A DNA stretch of 64,000 nucleotides. It comes from Phycisphaerae bacterium. GTDB lineage: Bacteria; Planctomycetota; Phycisphaerae; UBA1845. The translations under genes and the position numbers were made by a program. The notes beneath the pieces were generated by a model. The model was not told the DNA's origin, searched no databases, and saw only the letters and a program-made list of their open reading frames with translations. How positions within the stretch are numbered: the first letter of the stretch is position 1; each line of letters starts with the position of its first letter. The stretch lies in the NCBI GenBank assembly GCA_028289375.1, contig JANQQK010000038.1, positions 84,110 to 148,109 of the forward strand. The letters are read 5' to 3'. Positions 1 to 8,393 of the stretch are shown in pieces.

Positions 1-1
1 C

Positions 2-457
2 GCACTTGATGGTGACATGCTCGTGGTCGGCACACCAGCCGCCTACCGCGACGGCGGATACAACGGCCATCGCACCGGTGCCGCTTACGTGTTTGGCCAT
101 CAGAACGGATTGTGGGACGAGCGCTGGCGTTACGCCCCGCCGGAATCGACGCGGACCTACGGCGAACGCGTCGCCATCAGCGGCGGCGTCATCGCGGCGG
201 GCACCACGTGGGGCCCCGACACGACGCCGCAAGGTGACGGCATCGTCGACGCCATCGACCTGCAGTGCGGTAACACCTGCAACGGCGACCTCGACGGCGA
301 CAACACCGTCGACCTGCTCGACTTCGCCCTGCTGCAGACCCGCTTCGCCAAACCAGCCTCCGGCGGCCCCGAATACGGCGACTTCAACCGCGACGGCACC
401 ATCGACCTCGCCGACTTCGCCGAGTTTCACCAGCATTTGGGCACCGCCTGTCCGTAG
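2..457 (+). CDS. 3' end of a secreted FG-GAP repeat protein with a dockerin/EF-hand-like C-terminal module (5' end lies outside the window)
   Basis: The frame is open from the window edge. It contains an FG-GAP-type repeat (LDGDMLVVGTPAAYRDGGYNGHRTGAAYVF), then two Ca-binding-loop-like motifs (DLDGDNTVDLLDF, DFNRDGTIDLADF). Stop at 455-457. Confidence 0.8.
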   Translation, partial: ALDGDMLVVGTPAAYRDGGYNGHRTGAAYVFGHQNGLWDERWRYAPPESTRTYGERVAISGGVIAAGTTWGPDTTPQGDGIVDAIDLQCGNTCNGDLDGDNTVDLLDFALLQTRFAKPASGGPEYGDFNRDGTIDLADFAEFHQHLGTACP

Positions 458-475
458 GGCAGGTCGTGACCTGCC
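458..475 (+). terminator. Stem-loop directly after the stop codon (GGCAGGTC gt GACCTGCC), with no T-run
   Basis: Perfect 8-bp inverted repeat starting 1 nt after the TAG. No U-tract follows, so a terminator function is uncertain. Confidence 0.3.
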
Positions 476-707
476 GTGTCGAATCGAGGCCCGTGAATTC
501 GTCGAGCGAATGGTGCGCGTGTCCGGCAACCAACAGTGCCAGACGTCTGCCCGCCCCAAATGCTTACAAGACGTGAACACCATTCATATAGCGTGTATCA
601 TTGAGTGGGCCACCAACGGAATTTGAGTCGGCGTGGGGTCGCGACCGTCGAACCTGTGTCGACCCGCCGAATGAAGGCACGTCGTCACTATAGGGTGCAC
701 TGTTCGC

Positions 708-926
708 ATGGACGAACGCGAGAGAATGAGACAATTCCTGATTGAACTCTCACCAGACGAGATCATCAGGTTCTATGAGATGGTCTACAGACGACCAATC
801 TGGGTTGAGGGCGACTCAATGACCGAGGAAGCCAAGAACGATCTCATCGAGATCATTCTGAAATGGCGTGACAATCTCCCCCTGGACTGGGCCAGAGCAC
901 GAAAGTACGCGGGGCTTGACGATTGA
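708..926 (+). CDS. Small hypothetical protein (72 aa), AT-richer orphan
   Basis: ATG-started ORF with plausible soluble composition. It uses AGA/ACA codons that are atypical for neighbouring genes. No family recognised. Confidence 0.5.
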   Translation: MDERERMRQFLIELSPDEIIRFYEMVYRRPIWVEGDSMTEEAKNDLIEIILKWRDNLPLDWARARKYAGLDD

Positions 927-933
927 ATGTCGG

Positions 934-967
934 TCAGGTCAATCACGGCGCACCGGGAGGACCTGAC
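934..967. repeat. 34-nt palindromic (REP-like) element, copy A
   Basis: Sequence tcaggtcaatcacggcgcaccgggaggacctgac. Terminal arms (g)TCAGGTC/GACCTGA(c) are self-complementary. 31/34 identical to copy B at 1595-1628. Starts 8 nt after the stop of the 708-926 ORF. Confidence 0.8.
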
Positions 968-1047
968 AGCTCTCGACTACTTCACGTCAACCAACCCTAC
1001 GGTTTCGATGCATCCACGGCGCTCCGCGAGGCATCCTCAAACGTCAT

Positions 1048-1566
1048 TCAGAAAACGAATGGCTCACCGCACTCCGGGCAACGCGACCGATCAAGCCCTC
1101 GAAGGTAATACCCACATCGTCGACAACTATTCGCCACAATCCGCCGGTGTCTCGGCGACGACGGGACCCGACGCCAAAACCGAATCACGAACAGCGTCAT
1201 CAACGCAATCCACGAAAACCCGAGACCGACCGAACTGACCGTGTAGACAAGAAGCAGCGTGCCCATCCAGCCGAAACCACGACCGAGTCCCCCATGATCC
1301 CAGATCACGGCGATGATCAACGGGCCCGCATACGCCGCCCCACCAATGAGCCCGCAAAGAAAACTGTAAAGACTTTCTGGATACCGCCAGATTCTCACAA
1401 GGATCACGGCGTACAACACCGCGCACCCAACCCACACGAATGTCCCCTGCATCGACCGTATGCCAAACGCGCACGCGAGGACAGCCAGCGACAAAACAAC
1501 CGCAACGCCCCCCAGCTGCCAAACATCACCACGAATCGACCGAACCGGTATCCACTTCATGACCAA
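1048..1566 (-). CDS. Membrane protein (about 4 TM segments) with a C-terminal zinc-ribbon tail
   Basis: Hydrophobic segments (VAVVLSLAVLACAF, VGCAVLYAVILV, GLIGGAAYAGPLIIAVIW, LLLVYTVSSVGLGFSWIALMTLFVI), followed by the CRRCGYYLRGLDRSRCPECGEPF CxxC...CxxC motif. Confidence 0.7.
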   Translation of the reverse strand: MVMKWIPVRSIRGDVWQLGGVAVVLSLAVLACAFGIRSMQGTFVWVGCAVLYAVILVRIWRYPESLYSFLCGLIGGAAYAGPLIIAVIWDHGGLGRGFGWMGTLLLVYTVSSVGLGFSWIALMTLFVIRFWRRVPSSPRHRRIVANSCRRCGYYLRGLDRSRCPECGEPFVF

Positions 1567-1594
1567 TTGACCGTCGGTACACGAGACATGTAGT

Positions 1595-1628
1595 TCAGGT
1601 CAATCCCGGCGCGCCGGGGGGACCTGAC
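1595..1628. repeat. 34-nt palindromic (REP-like) element, copy B
   Basis: Sequence tcaggtcaatcccggcgcgccggggggacctgac. It has the same outer arms as copy A plus an inner palindrome, CCCGGCGCGCCGGG. Same orientation as copy A, 661 bp downstream. Confidence 0.8.
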
Positions 1629-1724
1629 GATCGCCGCAACGCCACCTAATAATCATACCGCTTGACACAAATGATTTTATAACAAGCGAGCACGTTAGGG
1701 AAAACCACCGCAGCAGCCCCGAAG

Positions 1725-2111
1725 TCAATCCGAATATAGATGCAGCCGCACATCTTTAGCGAGCACTTCATAGCAGCCAATGCCATCAGCGTAGAACATG
1801 AAGTGGCGCAACCCGCGTATCGGCTCACCCAATCTGTCTTTTGCCTGTGGAGCAAATTCGGTGACCCAGGGTGATTCAATGACCTCCATGACTTTTTCGT
1901 ACGCGTCGATCATTGCTACGGAACAGCACGGGTCGTCGGTGAATCGGTACGCTGTACCACATCTGAACACAATCTCACCTTCCCGAGTCCTTGCCCCATC
2001 GTCGTCCGTGGTCCAATACAAGTATATATTTCCTATGGCAACGGTGAATTGTAGATCGATCGACTCTTGAGCCACATGAATAGGCACTTCCATTACTTGC
2101 CTGCATTTCAT
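1725..2111 (-). CDS. Hypothetical protein (128 aa), AT-richer orphan
   Basis: ORF with globular-looking composition in the most AT-rich part of the window. No family recognised. Start could also be Met7 (2093). Confidence 0.5.
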   Translation of the reverse strand: MKCRQVMEVPIHVAQESIDLQFTVAIGNIYLYWTTDDDGARTREGEIVFRCGTAYRFTDDPCCSVAMIDAYEKVMEVIESPWVTEFAPQAKDRLGEPIRGLRHFMFYADGIGCYEVLAKDVRLHLYSD

Positions 2112-2139
2112 TGATCGTACCTGCGTTCAGATTTCCTCA

Positions 2140-2907
2140 TCACTCCCCGCCCGCCAGAAACTTCGAGATGCTCTCCTTCGCCTCCTCGCTCAAAAACACC
2201 TGCGAATGCACCGCCCGCACGCTTTCACGCCCCGCCGCCGCGTCCAACGCATACACCTCATGCAACACGCGTTTCGTCTCGGCATACGACGACCGCGGCA
2301 TCGCAGCCAACTGCTGCGCCACCTCCACCGATCGCAACAGCACCGAATTCTCACCCCGAACCTCGTTCACCAACCCCGCATTCCGCGCCTGATACGCATC
2401 CAGCAACTCACCCGTCAGCAACAACTGCTTCGCCATCCGCTCCCCCACCTGCCGCGCCAGATACGGCATCACCACCGCCGCCACGATCCCACGCTTGATC
2501 TCCGGATACCCGATCTTCGCCCCCATCGACGCCACCACGTAATCACACGTGCTCATCAACCCCGCCCCGCCAGCCACAGCATGTCCATTGACCGCCGCCA
2601 CCACCGGCAGCGGCGCTGTGTACACGCGCTCGAACATGTCGAACAGCGCGTCGGCCATCGCCCGACTCTTCTCCGCATCGTCCTGATGCTGTGCCACCTC
2701 GCGAAGATCAAATCCGCCACAAAACGCCGGCGGCGCCCCCGTGATCACCAGCGCACGCACCTCATCATCCGCAATCGCCGCCTGCACCGCCTCATCCAAC
2801 TGCACGATCAAATCATGCGTCAGCGCGTTTCGCGACTGAGGACGACTGAGCGCCCAGATCTCCACCTCATCAATCCGCTGCGACCGCAATATCTCGCTCA
2901 TGTCCAC
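2140..2907 (-). CDS. Enoyl-CoA hydratase/isomerase (crotonase superfamily)
   Basis: Crotonase signatures ITGAPPAFCGGFDLRE and AAVNGHAVAGGAGLMSTCDYVVA. Length 255 aa. Confidence 0.9.
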   Translation of the reverse strand: MDMSEILRSQRIDEVEIWALSRPQSRNALTHDLIVQLDEAVQAAIADDEVRALVITGAPPAFCGGFDLREVAQHQDDAEKSRAMADALFDMFERVYTAPLPVVAAVNGHAVAGGAGLMSTCDYVVASMGAKIGYPEIKRGIVAAVVMPYLARQVGERMAKQLLLTGELLDAYQARNAGLVNEVRGENSVLLRSVEVAQQLAAMPRSSYAETKRVLHEVYALDAAAGRESVRAVHSQVFLSEEAKESISKFLAGGE

Positions 2908-3045
2908 TCCAAGTGATGTTTCCCCGATTCTAACCCGCCCCGCCGCAACAGTCCGTCACCGCCCGAACCGGCCCGGCACACACGTCGGCCTTCCTTGACG
3001 GACCTGATCATAACCCCATCATGGCCGCCACAGGAGAAAAGAACC

Positions 3046-3954
3046 ATGCCCGAAGCCCGCATTTGCGAAATGGCCCCGCGCGACGGACTCCAATCGCTCA
3101 ACAAAGAGAAGCTGATCCCCGCCGACCAAAAGGTCGCCCTCGTCAACGCCCTCACCGACGCAGGCCTCGATTTCGTCGAGGTCGGCTCATTCGTCAGCAA
3201 ACGCGCCGTCCCCCAGATGGCCGACACGATCGACGTCGCAGCCAACATCACCAAACCCGACATCTGCGACCTCGCCGCCCTCGTCCCCAACGCCAAGTAC
3301 TACGAGGAATTCAAATCGTCCTCGCTCAACATGGCCGCCATCTTTGTCTCCGCATCAGAAGCCTACTCGCAGTTCAACCTGCGCATGTCGATAGAGGAAT
3401 CCATGACCGCCGCCAGCGCAGTGGCTGAGTCCGCCAAGCGGGACGGCTTCACATTGCGTGCCCACCTGTCCGCCGTGTTCCAGGACATCGACGGCAGCGA
3501 CAGCGACCTCAAGATCGCCACCGACCTGACCAGGCGACTGATCGACCTTGGCTGCGATCATGTCGCGCTGGCCGACACCAAGGGCACGACGCATCCCCTC
3601 CGCGTCCGGCAGGTGATCGCCCACCTCGCCGCAGCCGTCCCGCTCGACAAGTTGGCGGTTCACTTCCATGACTCCTTCGGAATGGGCGTCGCCAACGCCC
3701 TGATGGCCTACGAGTGCGGCGTCCGGGTCTTCGACGCCTCGGTCGGCGGCATCGGCGGCACCCCGTTCAAGGATCTCGCCAAAGGCCCCGGCGGCGGGGG
3801 CAATGTCGTCACCGAAGAGCTTGTGTACATGTTCCACCAGATGGGCGTCGAGACTGGCATCGACTTTGACAAGCTGATGGTCGCCGCCAAATTGGTGCGG
3901 GATATCGCCCAGTTCACCGGCGATCTCGCCCCCCCCAGCAAGATGCTCCGATAG
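3046..3954 (+). CDS. Hydroxymethylglutaryl-CoA lyase (HMGL-like aldolase)
   Basis: Motifs ICEMAPRDGLQS, DTKGTTHP and HFHDSFGMGVANAL. ATG at 3046 is preceded by AGGAGA. The track's TTG start at 2995 adds a non-conserved leader. Confidence 0.9.
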   Translation: MPEARICEMAPRDGLQSLNKEKLIPADQKVALVNALTDAGLDFVEVGSFVSKRAVPQMADTIDVAANITKPDICDLAALVPNAKYYEEFKSSSLNMAAIFVSASEAYSQFNLRMSIEESMTAASAVAESAKRDGFTLRAHLSAVFQDIDGSDSDLKIATDLTRRLIDLGCDHVALADTKGTTHPLRVRQVIAHLAAAVPLDKLAVHFHDSFGMGVANALMAYECGVRVFDASVGGIGGTPFKDLAKGPGGGGNVVTEELVYMFHQMGVETGIDFDKLMVAAKLVRDIAQFTGDLAPPSKMLR

Positions 3955-4009
3955 TGTTGCACACCTGAAATACGTCGCTGCCCCCGTGCAGACTCACTAT
4001 AATGGGGCG

Positions 4010-5134
4010 ATGTTTCGAACGACGCGATCCATCCTGCTGGCTTCATTGCTCGCCTGCCCTGTTCTGGCACAGTCTGACGCGAAACAATCCGTCGGATCAT
4101 CACGCGAGCCATCACCCGCCGAGGCATTTCGGACCTTGGCACCGGTCACCAGCGAATTCAGGCAACTCGGCGACTGGAAACCCCATGCCGACCAGATCGG
4201 CGGGTTCATGGAGGAGGCGTTTGCCCAGAATGGCTGGGACACCGACGAGGATCGCTTTGCCCTCGACGTCTTCAAGCGCATCGAACAGATCCCGCCCTGG
4301 GACATTGAGAAACGCCTGACCACCTTCAGCGGCGCTTTGGGCGATCGCTACGATCTCGACGCCAATCAGCGCAACATGCTGAAAATGAAGATACTACGCG
4401 AGTCGGTCGGCATGTTCGCCGCCAACGCTGGCGTCATCACCAAGCATGCCCGCGAATTCATCAGCAACCGCGTCGACAACAAGCCCTTTACCCCGCAACA
4501 GGTCGCCCGCATGACCATCGAGAGTGATGAACTGGTCGCCGACGCCATCTTCCGCATGGACCGTGTCGCCACCGCCATGCGCGAAACCATGAACGACGAG
4601 CAGAAAGCCCGCCTCGACCGCGACTTCCGAGCCTACGACAAACGCCTCAACGACATGCTCGCCCAGCGGGCTGAGTGGGCCAGGGGCAACTGGAAACCGG
4701 AGCAATGGGGACTCAGCAAAGACCCTGTACAGCGATTGGCCGCCTCACAACCGCCACCCAACCCGGTCGTCATCGAGGACGAATCGCCGGCCACGCCTTC
4801 GGCAGAACCAACATTCCGCCCGGAAGATGAAACGACGTGGGAACGATGGGTCAGGCTGTTCATCGAGGAGCATGAGCTGGACCCGGGTCAGATCACGGCC
4901 ATCCGCTCGATCCTGACAGAGATGCAATCCCGTGCGGCCAACTTCCGCGCGCAGCAAGCTGAGCGACTGCCAGAGGTTTCCACATCACGTCAGGGTCATT
5001 CCCCGGACTACGCGCCTTTTCGGACGTTGTTCGAGGAGTTGAAGCAGCGCTCCTTTGCATTGCTCCGTAACACGCAAAGATCAAGTGACGCCGAAAAAGA
5101 CACGTCGCCCGTCGCCTCTGAATCGGCACAATGA
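4010..5134 (+). CDS. Secreted hypothetical protein
   Basis: Signal peptide MFRTTRSILLASLLACPVLAQ. Helical, charged composition. No family recognised. Confidence 0.65.
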   Translation: MFRTTRSILLASLLACPVLAQSDAKQSVGSSREPSPAEAFRTLAPVTSEFRQLGDWKPHADQIGGFMEEAFAQNGWDTDEDRFALDVFKRIEQIPPWDIEKRLTTFSGALGDRYDLDANQRNMLKMKILRESVGMFAANAGVITKHAREFISNRVDNKPFTPQQVARMTIESDELVADAIFRMDRVATAMRETMNDEQKARLDRDFRAYDKRLNDMLAQRAEWARGNWKPEQWGLSKDPVQRLAASQPPPNPVVIEDESPATPSAEPTFRPEDETTWERWVRLFIEEHELDPGQITAIRSILTEMQSRAANFRAQQAERLPEVSTSRQGHSPDYAPFRTLFEELKQRSFALLRNTQRSSDAEKDTSPVASESAQ

Positions 5135-5260
5135 GCCGTTTCAGCACGCCTTGAATTGGCTGAATGTCGGACCTACGATATGTCGAAATACTCCCCAGAG
5201 TCGGCTTGCGGTCTGTCTTCGCATCGTCCGGCTGGTGTTATGCGCGCAGAAGAGCAGTTT

Positions 5261-6307
5261 ATGAACGTTCCCCGCAATACCACTCTTTGGATGCTCATGC
5301 TTACGTCGGTGGCAGCGCTGTTGATTACGCCGACGACGGTCGACGCGCAGATTCGGCGCCCAACGTCGCGGCGGACAGCCCACCTGCCGAACTATGAGGA
5401 ACCTCTGGCTCCCAGCCCACGCGCCCGCGCGCTCGGATTGCCCGGCACCAACGGGCAGATCATGCTTTACAACCCCGATCGTCGCCTCGGCGTGCGGAAC
5501 AACGCATTTGGTTCGGCTGTCAACCGAACGTCCCGGGCATCGGATACGTCGCTGACGCTCTTCCGCAAGAATCTCTTGTTGCGGGACACGGGGTTTGCAT
5601 CCCCGGTCAGTCGGATCGCGGTCGGCGTCGGTCGGCCATCACCCATGGACATGCCGACGCAGGAGCAGCTTGATCGCGCCATCGAACAGATGATGAACCT
5701 CGAGCCGTCCGAGGTGGACTACTCGGCCATCCTCGCCCGCCAGATGGTCGGTAAGCAGCAACGCTACATTCGCGATGGATTTGGTTACCTCAAGGATGGC
5801 GATCTGATCCGGGCTGCCGGCGCGTTCGACGCCGCCGAAGTGGCCAATCGCAAGCATCCGTACCCACGTTTCGGCAAGCTCATCCTCGATGTCCTTCAGG
5901 AGCATTACGCGTCGGCGACCACGCGGCTGGTGACGATCATGAAATATGATGCTCAGCGCGACGGTCGCATTCCCGGCATGTTTGAGTATGACCTGCAATG
6001 GCGGGACTACTTCGAGGATGAGGAGGATTTGCGCGAGACGATCCGCGTGTTGCGCCAGTTCACTCAGAAAAAGCTGGAGAAGTCCAGCGTGAGGACGCAG
6101 GCCAGTGTGCAGGCGTTGTACTGTTACGTCTTGTGGTATTCGGGATTCGAAGAAGCCCGCGTCGAAGCGCGCAATGTTGCCGCAGGTATCGCCCGATCTT
6201 ACCCGTCGTCAACCTGGGCACGCATGCTGACCATGATCATCAACGCCGAGGAAAAGGCGAAGGGCCAGACGGCTGGAGACCTCCCATCTGTGCCGCAGGC
6301 GGGGTAA
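5261..6307 (+). CDS. Secreted hypothetical protein
   Basis: Signal-peptide-like N-terminus MNVPRNTTLWMLMLTSVAALLITPTTVDAQ. The C-terminal half is helical-repeat-like. Start chosen at the Met preceding the signal peptide. Confidence 0.6.
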   Translation: MNVPRNTTLWMLMLTSVAALLITPTTVDAQIRRPTSRRTAHLPNYEEPLAPSPRARALGLPGTNGQIMLYNPDRRLGVRNNAFGSAVNRTSRASDTSLTLFRKNLLLRDTGFASPVSRIAVGVGRPSPMDMPTQEQLDRAIEQMMNLEPSEVDYSAILARQMVGKQQRYIRDGFGYLKDGDLIRAAGAFDAAEVANRKHPYPRFGKLILDVLQEHYASATTRLVTIMKYDAQRDGRIPGMFEYDLQWRDYFEDEEDLRETIRVLRQFTQKKLEKSSVRTQASVQALYCYVLWYSGFEEARVEARNVAAGIARSYPSSTWARMLTMIINAEEKAKGQTAGDLPSVPQAG

Positions 6308-6338
6308 CGGTCGGGGGAGTCACCGACGACGGGGCATC

Positions 6339-8366
6339 ATGACCGAAGACGCATCGCGAACGCCGGATCCTCTTGATCATCGCCCGTGGCGCTCGCGGTT
6401 TCGGATGCCCCTTACGGTGGCAGCGTACAGCCTCATGTTTTCCGCGGCGTTGTTCGCGTCATTCGCGCTCGCGTACAACTTTCATCACACATCCGAGTGG
6501 ATTCCGAAACTCTTCCTGCCCATGGCGGCGTTGGCGATTCCGGTCAAGCTGGCAGTCTTCGCGCGACTTCGCGTCTTCCGCGGATCGTGGCGGTACACCA
6601 GCCTGCGCGACATGCTCGACATCGTCAGCGCGTCACTGATCGGCTCGTTCACATTCATCACCGTATTCTTCGTTCTGGAGAACCTCTGGGATTCCGTCTT
6701 CGGCTATCAATTGTTCGACCGCAGCCTGGAGTTTCGCCTGCGCCAGTCGACGCTCCTGCTTGATTGTGCGGGCACCATCGGCATCGTCTGCTTCGGGCGC
6801 ATTCTCGTCCGCCTGTACCACGAGGAGGTCGCGGCGGGGCAGATCGATAAGCAGTCGCGGGTACTGATTTATGGCGCGGGCGATACCGGCGAAGCATTGC
6901 TCCGCGAGATCCTGCGCATGCCCGACAGTCCCTACGACGTCGTTGGGTTCGTGGCTGACAACGCGGCATTGATTCACAATACGATTCATGGTTCGGAAGT
7001 ACTCGGCACACTCGATGACATCGCCAGACTTTGCGACCGATACGTCGTGGACGAAATGCTGATCGCGCTGCCCAAGGCTTCCCCGCGCGAGGTGCGTCGC
7101 ATCGTTGAGATTTGCGAGGGCAACAACCTGCGCTTTCGCATCGTGCCGTCGATGGCGGACATCATCGACAGCAAGCTGCAGGCCACCCAACTCCGCGAAG
7201 TGGACATCGAGGATTTGCTCGGTCGCGACCCGGTCCAGCTTGATACGGATGCCATCGCTGCACAACTCGCCGATCAGCGCATTCTCGTGACCGGTGCGGG
7301 CGGCAGCATTGGCTCGGAGATGTGTCGCCAGATCGCTCGCTTCCATCCGGATCGCCTGATCCTCATTGAGCGGGCGGAGAACAATCTGTTCGAAATCGAC
7401 CGCGAGCTGCGCGCCCGCTACCCCGACGTCAGCATCATCCCGTACGTGGCGGACATCAGCGATCGCGAGCGCATCACAGCCATCTTCCAATCCGAACAGC
7501 CAACCACGCTCTTCCACGCGGCGGCCCACAAGCACGTCCCGATGATGGAGATCAACGCTGGCGAAGCAATCAAGAACAACGTCGTCGGTACGCGCACGGT
7601 GGCCGACGTCGCCGTCGAGACCGGCGTACACAAGATGGTCATGATCTCGACCGACAAAGCCGTGAACCCCACATCGATCATGGGTTGCAGCAAGCGCGTC
7701 GCAGAGTTGTACGTGCAGCAGCTCAGCGCACACAGCGACACACAGTTTGTCACCGTTCGCTTCGGCAACGTCCTCGGTTCCAGCGGCAGTGTCGTGCCGA
7801 TCTTCCGTCAGCAGATCGCCAAGGGCGGACCCGTGACCGTCACGCATCCGGAAATGACACGCTACTTCATGACGATCCCCGAAGCGGCCCAACTCGTGCT
7901 GCAAGCGGGAGCCATGGGAACCGGCGGTGAGATTTACGTGCTGGACATGGGCGAACCGGTCAAGATCGTGGACCTCGCTCGCGACATGATCACGCTTTCG
8001 GGACTATCCCCGGGTGTTGATATCGAGATCGTGTTCTCAGGCGTGCGTCCAGGCGAAAAGCTCTACGAGGAACTGTCGATCACCGGTGAGAATATATCGC
8101 CAACCAAGCATGCGAAGATCGGCATCTGGAAGCACCGCCCCGACGACTTTGAACGCATCACGCGTGGCATTGGGCAACTCGTCGACATCGCCGATGAGGC
8201 GGACGCGGCAACGGTCCGTGGACATCTCAAGTCACTCGTCCCCGAATATCAGCCGGAGCAATCCGGACCAGCAGCCACGCTGAAGAACAACGACACTGCG
8301 GCGCAACAGCAAGAGCGCGTCGATGACACACTGCCCCTGAACAACCCGCAGCCACGAACGGCTTAA
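6339..8366 (+). CDS. Membrane-anchored polysaccharide biosynthesis protein, CapD/PglF/WbpM-type NDP-sugar 4,6-dehydratase
   Basis: N-terminal TM segments. Two Rossmann motifs (VLIYGAGDTGEAL and ILVTGAGGSIGSE). Short-chain dehydrogenase core (STDKAVNPTSIMGCSKRVAE, RFGNVLGSSGSVVP). Confidence 0.9.
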   Translation: MTEDASRTPDPLDHRPWRSRFRMPLTVAAYSLMFSAALFASFALAYNFHHTSEWIPKLFLPMAALAIPVKLAVFARLRVFRGSWRYTSLRDMLDIVSASLIGSFTFITVFFVLENLWDSVFGYQLFDRSLEFRLRQSTLLLDCAGTIGIVCFGRILVRLYHEEVAAGQIDKQSRVLIYGAGDTGEALLREILRMPDSPYDVVGFVADNAALIHNTIHGSEVLGTLDDIARLCDRYVVDEMLIALPKASPREVRRIVEICEGNNLRFRIVPSMADIIDSKLQATQLREVDIEDLLGRDPVQLDTDAIAAQLADQRILVTGAGGSIGSEMCRQIARFHPDRLILIERAENNLFEIDRELRARYPDVSIIPYVADISDRERITAIFQSEQPTTLFHAAAHKHVPMMEINAGEAIKNNVVGTRTVADVAVETGVHKMVMISTDKAVNPTSIMGCSKRVAELYVQQLSAHSDTQFVTVRFGNVLGSSGSVVPIFRQQIAKGGPVTVTHPEMTRYFMTIPEAAQLVLQAGAMGTGGEIYVLDMGEPVKIVDLARDMITLSGLSPGVDIEIVFSGVRPGEKLYEELSITGENISPTKHAKIGIWKHRPDDFERITRGIGQLVDIADEADAATVRGHLKSLVPEYQPEQSGPAATLKNNDTAAQQQERVDDTLPLNNPQPRTA

Positions 8367-8393
8367 CCGATCGCCATCACAGTTTTCGAAGAT

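Noticed and set aside
458-1628. Integron-like cassette array (small ORFs each followed by an imperfect palindrome, resembling attC)
   Set aside because: The elements are only 18-34 nt, whereas attC sites are usually over 55 nt. They lack the RYYYAAC/GTTRRRY core sites. No intI-type integrase or attI is in the window.
6633-7904. 423-aa ORF on the minus strand, inside the CapD/PglF-type dehydratase gene
   Set aside because: It is antisense to a gene with clear family motifs. Its product is Arg/Asp/His/Ala-rich with no recognisable motifs. It is a typical stop-codon-poor shadow ORF of high-GC DNA.
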